Assembly: GCA_963668605.1 (NCBI GenBank)
Contig: OY764903.1
Span: 2,341,246-2,405,245 of the forward strand
DNA from: Bryobacteraceae bacterium
Lineage (GTDB): Bacteria; Acidobacteriota; Terriglobia; Bryobacterales; Bryobacteraceae
Length of the DNA: 64,000 bases
Direction of reading: 5' to 3'
Shown: positions 17,321-24,288 of the stretch, one piece after another
Layout: every line of letters starts with the position of its first letter
Position numbering within the stretch: position 1 is the stretch's first letter
Notes under the pieces: model-generated
Told to the model about the DNA's origin: nothing
The model's input: only the letters and a program-made list of their open reading frames with translations
Database searches by the model: none
Made by a program: the position numbers and the translations under genes

Positions 17321-17362
17321 TTGCCACAAAATCACCCCGAACGAAGACATTCGGCGATGTTT

Positions 17363-17449
17363 GCCTCCGGTCGCTAGCGCTCCCGGCACCGTTGGACGGA
17401 TTCAAGATCGGAATCTCAAACGGTGCCGGGAGCGTTAGCGACCGGAGGC
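17363..17449. repeat. long-hairpin intergenic repeat, family 2, best copy
   Basis: 31-nt arms GCCTCCGGTCGCTAGCGCTCCCGGCACCGTT and AACGGTGCCGGGAGCGTTAGCGACCGGAGGC with one mismatch. The 25-nt loop has its own GATTC/GAATC stem. Confidence 0.75.
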
Positions 17450-17489
17450 GCTTGTGGTGTTGCTGTCTTCTTCGGGGGACAGTCTCTAA

Positions 17490-18806
17490 CTAAACCTTGC
17501 CGCGCGGCTTCTCCCTGCGCACGCGGTCCGTGCTCTGCGTGGGCTCTTTGTCGCATTCAATCGCGAATGTCGTGATCGGGTTGTCCGGAGCGTTGGCCGG
17601 CAGACCGAGCAGCCGGACGCGGAAATCGTCCTGGTCGAACTTCACCGGCTTATTGCCCGGCAGCATTTTCGCCGACTTCACCTTCGCCTGCAACCCGCTG
17701 ATGGAGAGGATTTCGCCGGGCCAGAAATGCGCGTGTGCGAAGAGCGTATTGCCCTTGCGCGTGAAGCTCAAATAGTTGGAGCGGCTCACGCTGCAAATAT
17801 CCGACGTGTAAATCGTCGATCCGTTGCGGCTCATCCATTGCCCGACTGCGCTCAAGATGCGCACCGACTCTTCCGGAACGCTGCCATCCGGCTTGGGGCC
17901 GATGTTAAGCAGGTAATTTCCGCCCTGGCGCGCGCAGGTGATCAGGTTGCGGATCACGGTTTTGGGCGTCTTCCAATCGTCGTCGTTCTTGTGATAGCCC
18001 CAGCTTCCATTCATCGTCATGCAGGCTTCCCAGGATTTGCCCTTGGCTGCTTCGATGCGCTGTTCGGGCGTGGCGAAATCGCCATCGAGCTTGTTGCGGT
18101 TGTTGACGATGATCTCGGGCTGCAGTTCGAAGACCATCTTGTTCATACGCTCCGACTCCCAGCCCTGGGCGTCAAGTGGCCAGGACACGTCGTACCAGAG
18201 GATGTCGATCTTGCCGTAGTTGGTCATCAGTTCACGGATTTGCGCGTGGACATACTCGACGAAGCGCTTGCGGGCCGCCTCGTCGGTGGCACAGCGCGCG
18301 CCGTCCGGATGATGCCAATCCATCAGCGAGAAGTAAAAACCAACGCGCAAGCCTTCGGCGCGTGCGGCCTCGACGTACTCCTTGACGAGGTCACGCCCCG
18401 GACCCTGTCTGGGCGCACAGTAGCCGGTCGTTTTCGTGTTGAACAGGCAGAAGCCCTCGTGGTGCTTGGTGGTCATCACCATGTACTTCATGCCGGCGCT
18501 GCGGGCGAGTTTGGCCCACTCGCGCGCGGCATTCGGTTTGGGCTGGAAGCGCTTGGCGAGTTGCTCATATTCTCCAATCGGAATCGCCTCCTGCTCCATG
18601 GCCCACTCATGGCGTCCGAGGACGCTGTAGAGGCCCCAGTGGATGAACATGCCGAAGCGCGCGTCATGCCACCATTTCATGCGCCGTTCGCGGCTGGCGG
18701 CGGCGTCCGCAGCCAGTGCTGGAGTGGAAGCCGCGGCCCCCGCCCCCAACATGGCAAGGTAGTTACGTCTTGAAATGTCGCGTCGTAAAAGTGAGTTGGA
18801 AGCCAT
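17490..18806 (-). CDS. Tat-exported alpha-L-fucosidase (GH29)
   Basis: SRRNYLAMLGAGA Tat signal, plus FGMFIHWGLYS and TTKHHEGFCLF motifs. Confidence 0.9.
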   Translation of the reverse strand: MASNSLLRRDISRRNYLAMLGAGAAASTPALAADAAASRERRMKWWHDARFGMFIHWGLYSVLGRHEWAMEQEAIPIGEYEQLAKRFQPKPNAAREWAKLARSAGMKYMVMTTKHHEGFCLFNTKTTGYCAPRQGPGRDLVKEYVEAARAEGLRVGFYFSLMDWHHPDGARCATDEAARKRFVEYVHAQIRELMTNYGKIDILWYDVSWPLDAQGWESERMNKMVFELQPEIIVNNRNKLDGDFATPEQRIEAAKGKSWEACMTMNGSWGYHKNDDDWKTPKTVIRNLITCARQGGNYLLNIGPKPDGSVPEESVRILSAVGQWMSRNGSTIYTSDICSVSRSNYLSFTRKGNTLFAHAHFWPGEILSISGLQAKVKSAKMLPGNKPVKFDQDDFRVRLLGLPANAPDNPITTFAIECDKEPTQSTDRVRREKPRGKV

Positions 18807-18836
18807 AACGATTTAGAGTATCAGACGCAGGGCTGC

Positions 18837-18842
18837 TATATT
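18837..18842 (+). promoter_or_regulatory. -10-like hexamer TATATT 7 nt upstream of FkbM-1 GTG
   Basis: It lies in a 43-nt divergent intergenic region with no SD. Confidence 0.35.
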
Positions 18843-18849
18843 CAGATCT

Positions 18850-19758
18850 GTGACTCGAATCCTTCGCTTCGTTATTCCCATCCTGTTTCTACTGCTCCTG
18901 GCCGTTCTGTTTCGAGAGTGGACGCTACCCGCCGCACTTTATGCCTCCGGACGCGCCGATGGCTGCTCGTTCCGTCAGACCGCGCGCAGCATCCAGGAGG
19001 ACCGGCGCCAAGTCTCGATCAAGGACGAGATCGTGCGTACGAGCCGCTTGGTGCAGCGCGATCCGGCGGGATTCCATCTCTGGGAGACCGCACAGGGCTC
19101 CTACTGGATCCCAGCCGCCAGTGACTTCTCCCTGCATTTCGACCTGGCCGAGCAGGAACGCTTCATCTATGGCAAGGGAGATCAGGCAGTGCGCCGCGGC
19201 GACGTCGTGCTCGACTGCGGCGCCAATATCGGCGTGTTTACTCGCAAGGCTCTCGCCGAAGGCGCCAAATTGGTAGTCGCGATCGAGCCGGCGCCGGAGA
19301 ACCTCGAGTGCCTGCGGCGGAACTTGCAGCACGACATCGAAGCTGGACGCGTCGTGGTCTATCCGAAGGGCGTCTGGGACAAAGAGGATTCACTCACGAT
19401 ACGAGTCGATCCCAAGAATTCGGCCGCCGACAGCTTCGTGATCAACCGAGAAGGCATGCAGGATTCCATCAAGCTGCCGCTGACCACGATCGACAAACTC
19501 GTGGACGAACTCAAGCTCGAACGCGTCGATTTCGTCAAAATGGACATCGAGGGCGCCGAACCGCGAGCGCTCGCCGGAGCCCGCCAGACACTGGCACGCT
19601 TCCGCCCGCGTCTCGCCCTCTCCGTCTATCACTCGCCCACAGACAAGGTCACGGTGCCGCAGGCCGTTACGGCCGCCTGGAACGGCTACACGCAGGAGTG
19701 CGGACCTTGCTCGGAGCGCGACTACCGCATCTTCCCGACCGTGTACTATTTCCGGTAG
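18850..19758 (+). CDS. FkbM-family methyltransferase, N-terminal membrane anchor (paralog 1)
   Basis: VLDCGANIGVF SAM-binding motif, MDIEGAEP, and an N-terminal hydrophobic helix. GTG start. Confidence 0.85.
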   Translation: MTRILRFVIPILFLLLLAVLFREWTLPAALYASGRADGCSFRQTARSIQEDRRQVSIKDEIVRTSRLVQRDPAGFHLWETAQGSYWIPAASDFSLHFDLAEQERFIYGKGDQAVRRGDVVLDCGANIGVFTRKALAEGAKLVVAIEPAPENLECLRRNLQHDIEAGRVVVYPKGVWDKEDSLTIRVDPKNSAADSFVINREGMQDSIKLPLTTIDKLVDELKLERVDFVKMDIEGAEPRALAGARQTLARFRPRLALSVYHSPTDKVTVPQAVTAAWNGYTQECGPCSERDYRIFPTVYYFR

Positions 19759-19768
19759 GCGTTCGTGC

Positions 19769-19774
19769 TATAGT
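19769..19774 (+). promoter_or_regulatory. -10-like hexamer TATAGT 7 nt upstream of FkbM-2 GTG
   Basis: Same spacing as at FkbM-1, again with no SD. Confidence 0.3.
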
Positions 19775-19781
19775 CTGATTC

Positions 19782-20711
19782 GTGAAAACTAGCCGCCTGG
19801 GAATCGCGGCCGCGGCACTGGGAATTGCCGCCGCTGCCTGGTTTGTTGCACCCGCGAGACTGTCCGCCATCGTGCTGCTGAGGCGCAATTCCGTCTGCCC
19901 ATGGAAGCAGGCGCTGAAGGCCGCAGACAACGAGCGGCGCCAGATCGCCATCAAAGACAGAATTCTCTATGCGAGCAAACTGCTCGAGAACGACCCCAAG
20001 GGTTTCCACTTGTGGCAGACTCCACACGGCCGCTACTGGATTCCGATGGGCAGCGACTACGTGCTTCCCTTCAACCTCGCCGAGCAGGAGCGCAAGATTT
20101 ACGGCACCGGTGCGCGCGCCGTGCAGCCCGACGATATTGTACTCGATTGCGGCGCCAACGTCGGCGTCTTCGTGCGGGAAGCGATCACTAACGGAGCGAA
20201 GCTCGTGGTCGCCATAGAACCCGCCCCCGAGAATATCGAGTGCCTGCGCCGCAATTTCGCCCGCGAGATCGAGGGCGGCAAAGTGATCGTCTATCCAAAG
20301 GGCGTCTGGAACAAGGACGATTTCCTCACGTTGAACGTCGATCCGGCCAACTCCGCCGCCGACAGCTTCCTGATCCAGCGCGAGGGAGCGCAGCCCGTCG
20401 CGCGGGTCCCGCTGACGACGATCGACAAGCTGGTGGAGGAATTGAGGCTGCCGCGCGTCGACTACATCAAGATGGATATCGAGGGCGCCGAGCCGAATGC
20501 GCTGGAGGGTGCGCAGGCGACCCTGGCGAGGTTCACGCCGCGCTTGTCGCTCTCGGCCTACCACGCACCCGATCACCCGAAACGAATCCCGGAACTGGTC
20601 CGGCAGGCGTCGGCGGGTTATCGCATGGAATGCGGACCGTGTGCTGAGACACACTTCGCCGTGCGCCCGGATATCCTGTACTTCTTTCCCGAACATCCTG
20701 TGGTGAGGTGA
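19782..20711 (+). CDS. FkbM-family methyltransferase (paralog 2)
   Basis: Collinear with paralog 1, with long identical runs (KLVVAIEPAPEN, PLTTIDKLV, MDIEGAEP). Confidence 0.85.
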   Translation: MKTSRLGIAAAALGIAAAAWFVAPARLSAIVLLRRNSVCPWKQALKAADNERRQIAIKDRILYASKLLENDPKGFHLWQTPHGRYWIPMGSDYVLPFNLAEQERKIYGTGARAVQPDDIVLDCGANVGVFVREAITNGAKLVVAIEPAPENIECLRRNFAREIEGGKVIVYPKGVWNKDDFLTLNVDPANSAADSFLIQREGAQPVARVPLTTIDKLVEELRLPRVDYIKMDIEGAEPNALEGAQATLARFTPRLSLSAYHAPDHPKRIPELVRQASAGYRMECGPCAETHFAVRPDILYFFPEHPVVR

Positions 20712-20720
20712 GATGAAGAG

Positions 20721-20752
20721 CCGGCGGGCACTCGGAGGAAGATGCCCGCCGG
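20721..20752 (+). terminator. 10-bp GC hairpin after FkbM-2
   Basis: CCGGCGGGCA-12 nt-TGCCCGCCGG, with no U-tract. Confidence 0.4.
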
Positions 20753-20957
20753 ACGGTTGCGGCCTCGTGTCCTGGGCGGACTCGGAGCCGTACCTCTCTT
20801 CGATAGGGAGGCCATCTCGTCTTCCAGGCCTCCCGACTAACTGGACGTACTAGTACGTCTTCGCGTTACACGAATTTCATCCCAAGAAAGAACGTTTCGT
20901 GCAGCATCCAGTTGGCGTTGTGTGGGCAGGCGGCTCAACAAAACCCCGGCAATTGAG

Positions 20958-21923
20958 CTACACGAACGGAACCCGCTCTGCCGGAATGGGGGCGTTCAAC
21001 GCGAGCGACGTCTCGCGTTTGGGCGGGACAGGAATGGTGGCAGCCTTTTCGGCTTCTTCAACTCCCGCCGCTGTGATCGCGAATCGTGCGTTGTCGGCGC
21101 GTGTGACAAAGCCGCGCTCTTTGAGATACCAGAGGCTGAACTCGAGATGCTCCTTGGGGCAGCCGAGCAGATCTTCCATCTCACGCAACGCCATGGCGGG
21201 CTTCTCGCACTCATTAACGCGTCGTGTGTAGAGCACAGAGAGCACGCCAGCGCGCTTGCGCTTTTCGGCCTCAATGCCGCGACTCGAGCCGGCATCGTCG
21301 AAGATGCGGCGGCGGATATCGTGGAAACTCCCGCGTTTCACGTCATAGGCCGCACGTTGTTCAGGATCGCTAAGCACGCGGTAGGCGGCGGTCACGGCGC
21401 GAAACTGCTCCGTATTTCCTGTTACGGCGTTGTCAGGATGGTAGCGTTGCGCCATGATTCGGAATACGCGATGGATCGTATCGGGGTCTGCTTTAGCGCT
21501 GACCTGAAGCACGTCATAGTAGTCCTCGGGCAGTTCCGGCAGGGCTTCGATATCCGGCGTGGGTACCAGGGTCAAACCAGCGCGGTAACCGCCACACTCG
21601 TTCGGAGAGCACCAGCGGACCTCGGCGCGGCAGTGCGCGGTCGCGCGCCCGTTTCCAGAACGCAGCGAACCACGCACGGCGACGGAAAGCCCCGTGCTCA
21701 AACACACAGGGACATCCACACCCAACCCCTCGTCGCTTGTATCGGCGATGCAAGCCGCGATGTCCTGTGTGAGCCCCTCATCATCGATAAACGAGAGGCG
21801 CAGCCCTCCGGTCGCTGGAGTTCTTTTTCGGCTTTGTCGGCGTCGTTCCACGTCCTGATGCTCTCCCTGAATACAGGAGATCATCGTGCGCGCGAAAATG
21901 GAATCGAGCGAAAGTACTAACAC
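20958..21923 (-). CDS. PilZ domain - DnaJ J-domain fusion protein with C-terminal winged-helix-like region
   Basis: RRRQSR followed 29 residues later by DTSDEG fits the PilZ RRxxxR / DxSxxG pattern. DYYDVLQV...RYHPDN...YRVLSDPEQRAAYD is a J domain with HPD. GTG start, with an alternative ATG at 21884. Confidence 0.75.
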   Translation of the reverse strand: MLVLSLDSIFARTMISCIQGEHQDVERRRQSRKRTPATGGLRLSFIDDEGLTQDIAACIADTSDEGLGVDVPVCLSTGLSVAVRGSLRSGNGRATAHCRAEVRWCSPNECGGYRAGLTLVPTPDIEALPELPEDYYDVLQVSAKADPDTIHRVFRIMAQRYHPDNAVTGNTEQFRAVTAAYRVLSDPEQRAAYDVKRGSFHDIRRRIFDDAGSSRGIEAEKRKRAGVLSVLYTRRVNECEKPAMALREMEDLLGCPKEHLEFSLWYLKERGFVTRADNARFAITAAGVEEAEKAATIPVPPKRETSLALNAPIPAERVPFV

Positions 21924-21966
21924 TCGCGCGCATTCGCCGTAGTTTTGGAGCGCTAGCGCGGCCTCC

Positions 21967-22452
21967 TCAGGCCGCGTCCGCCGCTAAGTGACCAGCCGCG
22001 AAACAAGCCACAACCGGTTTCACCAGACGCGCGAAATCGTCGTAGGACAGGCGAATCAACTCGTGGTGCGTTCCGGCGTTGAACGCAATCACTTTGTCCC
22101 TCGTCAACGTCTCGTCGACATAAACGGGCATATCGTACAGGTTGCCGAATGGCGGCATTGCGCCTGTTTCGCAGCCTGGGAAGCGGTCCTTGAACTCAAA
22201 CTCGCTAGCCAGGCGAACAGAGTTGGCCTGGGCTCCCGCGCGCAGGCGTTCCAGGTCGACCTGATGCGACGCCGGAAGCACTGCCAGCGCCAGTTTGCCG
22301 TCTAGCAGAACGACGACGGACTTGGCCAGATCCTTCCCGGGTATGTGCGCCAGCGCGGCAATCTGCTGGGAAGTGAAAGCAACCGAGTGCGTCACGCTGA
22401 CGTACTGGATGCGATTGCGATCGAGAAAGTCCTTCAGTTTTGTAGCGGGCAC
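21967..22452 (-). CDS. YbaK/EbsC-type aminoacyl-tRNA deacylase-like protein
   Basis: I chose the GTG start because AAGGAGG lies 5 nt upstream. The sequence is YbaK-like (KSVVVLLDGKLALAVLPASHQVDLERL...GAMPPFGN). Confidence 0.7.
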   Translation of the reverse strand: MPATKLKDFLDRNRIQYVSVTHSVAFTSQQIAALAHIPGKDLAKSVVVLLDGKLALAVLPASHQVDLERLRAGAQANSVRLASEFEFKDRFPGCETGAMPPFGNLYDMPVYVDETLTRDKVIAFNAGTHHELIRLSYDDFARLVKPVVACFAAGHLAADAA

Positions 22453-22638
22453 GGTGACCTCCTTGACTGATACAGATGGTAAGGAGGGATTCGCGGGATT
22501 GCAAGGGGGGGTGCGGGGATGCGCTCGAAGCGAAGGGGCGGGGCAAGCAGGGGTGCGGCCAAAAAAGGAACGCCGCCCGGGCACACTAATATGTTCCCGA
22601 GCGACGTAAAGGTTTACAACGTCTTAACTTCAAACGTC

Positions 22639-22854
22639 TTAAGAGACGAGAATCGCCCCGGTTGTCGGACAGATCACGACTTCCACCACCGATGTCTCTT
22701 CAGCCATCAAGGTGTCATCGATCTCCAGCGTCACGCCGTCGGCGGGTTTCTCCGCTTTTCGTTCTTGCCGTTTTGCGGCCTTCTCAAGCTGCTTTTCTAT
22801 ACGGGACTGTTCTTTTTGACGTTTTTTGAACGTTGTGTGTGATCGTGAAGCCAA
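22639..22854 (-). CDS. small hypothetical protein, Lys/Arg/Glu-rich N-terminus
   Basis: TTG start with AAGGGGG 7 nt upstream. I recognise no family. Confidence 0.4.
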   Translation of the reverse strand: MASRSHTTFKKRQKEQSRIEKQLEKAAKRQERKAEKPADGVTLEIDDTLMAEETSVVEVVICPTTGAILVS

Positions 22855-22923
22855 AGCAATACCCCCTTGCTATGAAAGTCGACCGATCAGAACCGGCCCG
22901 GTCAGCACGCAGGCTAAGTTATC

Positions 22924-23229
22924 TTACCAACGCGGCTCGCGACGGGGAGGACGACCGCCGCCACCACCGCTTCCACCACGGTCCGTCTTCGGACGGGCTT
23001 CGTTAACATTCAGCGCCCGACCGCCGAGGTCGACGCCATTCAGGGCGTTGATGGCCCGGCTCGCCTCACCGGCATCTGTCATCTCGACGAAAGCAAAGCC
23101 CCGCGAGCGGCCTGTGTCGCGGTCAGTAACTACGCTGACGCGCTCCACGGCTCCATGTGCTTCAAACAGCTGACGGAGGGATTCTTCCGTCGCACCGAAA
23201 TCCAAGTTGCCTACAAAAATATTGGTCAT
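22924..23229 (-). CDS. RRM-type RNA-binding protein with Gly/Arg tail
   Basis: RNP2 IFVGNL, RNP1 RGFAFVEM, and a C-terminal GGSGGGGGRPPRR tail. Confidence 0.9.
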   Translation of the reverse strand: MTNIFVGNLDFGATEESLRQLFEAHGAVERVSVVTDRDTGRSRGFAFVEMTDAGEASRAINALNGVDLGGRALNVNEARPKTDRGGSGGGGGRPPRREPRW

Positions 23230-23377
23230 GTGGTCTCCTAACGATTTGATAGCTGGCTACACGAGGCAGATTGAATACTCGGCCGGGCTTTGCGGAACAA
23301 TCAAATACACCACTAGCATAACACTTTTTTGTCAAGCTGTGGATGGCATCGCAAAAAGTTTGCCGGTCCCTACCGCT

Positions 23378-24259
23378 TCACTTTCGCAGGCTGACCTGCG
23401 AGGCACTGGGAAAATCCTTCGGCACAGGGATAGTCACCTTGCCCGTGGCCGCCCATTCGGTTCCGCGTTGCAGTGTGGAGATGAAGCCCACGCATTGCAT
23501 TGCCGCGACATCGTGCCCCAACGTCGTGTGAAACACGCGGCCCTTGCCGAAGCGAATCGTCATCAGCATCGGTTCTTCCTCGCCGGTGCCTTTGTTGGTG
23601 GGTTCGGAGTGTGCCGTCGCCACAACGTTGAGTTCGACGGCCGGCCCGCAGAGTTTGTCGTACAACTCATCGGGCGCGTGCATCCAAACCGGCGGCAACC
23701 CCTTGGCCAACGGGTGCTTCATGTCGCGCATCGTGACGGCGAACGCCAGCCTCGCGCCGTGGTTGCCGCAGCGCACGGGGGTGCTGTCGAAAACCACCTT
23801 ACCCTCGCGGAAGCGCACCATGCGGCCCGATTTCTCAGTCGTACGGCTGCCCCATCCGCCCACACCCACGGCCTCGTTGTACTCTTTCCATTCCGGGAAC
23901 GAGTTGTCCGCGGCATGATAGCTGACGAAGCCTCCGCCGTCGCGCAGATACTTCTCAAAGGCCGCATTCGTCGCGGCTGGCCACGCGTCGCCATTGTAGT
24001 TGGAGACGACGGCGGCGTAGGCAGAGAAGTCCGGCTGGAAACCGCTCATGTCGGCGCCTTTGACCGGCGTTGTGGCCACATCGACCGTAAAGCGTCCGGT
24101 CTCTTCGAGCAACTTTTTCAGTACCGGGGTGGTCTCCTTCCAGGCATGATTATTCTGGCCATCGACGATCAGAACCTTCAACGGCGGAGCGGCGAGACCC
24201 GCGCAGGAAAACATCAAAACGGCGCAAGCGGAACTGAGTAAGACCCGGCGATTCCTCAT
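23378..24259 (-). CDS. secreted ThuA-domain protein
   Basis: I chose the internal start MRNRRVLLSSACAVLMFSCAG because it is a signal peptide. The body is ThuA-like (KVLIVDGQNNHAW...FVSYHAADNSF). Confidence 0.75.
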   Translation of the reverse strand: MRNRRVLLSSACAVLMFSCAGLAAPPLKVLIVDGQNNHAWKETTPVLKKLLEETGRFTVDVATTPVKGADMSGFQPDFSAYAAVVSNYNGDAWPAATNAAFEKYLRDGGGFVSYHAADNSFPEWKEYNEAVGVGGWGSRTTEKSGRMVRFREGKVVFDSTPVRCGNHGARLAFAVTMRDMKHPLAKGLPPVWMHAPDELYDKLCGPAVELNVVATAHSEPTNKGTGEEEPMLMTIRFGKGRVFHTTLGHDVAAMQCVGFISTLQRGTEWAATGKVTIPVPKDFPSASQVSLRK

Positions 24260-24288
24260 AAGAGTATTAGACCTCAATTTCAAATCTA

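Noticed and set aside
21795-21830. CCTCCGGTCGCTGG inside the PilZ-J coding sequence as another family 2 repeat copy.
   Set aside because: The match is only 14 nt, it has no partner arm, and it lies in frame within the conserved PilZ region. It may be chance or an ancient fragment, so I did not count it as an element.
20922-21920. A 332-aa plus-strand ORF competing with the minus-strand PilZ-J gene.
   Set aside because: The minus frame contains an unmistakable J domain with HPD and the PilZ motifs. The plus frame has no motifs.
22504-22550. A G-quadruplex in the G-run tract upstream of the YbaK-like gene.
   Set aside because: Only three closely spaced G4 runs are present, plus a G7 run separated by long loops. 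That does not make a canonical four-tract motif with short loops.
23230-23377. A sigma-70 promoter for the RRM protein gene, anchored on a TTGACA hexamer (reverse complement of about 23330-23335).
   Set aside because: No acceptable -10 hexamer lies at a 16-18 nt spacing (only TGGTGT or TATGCT at the wrong spacing), so I did not report it as a feature.
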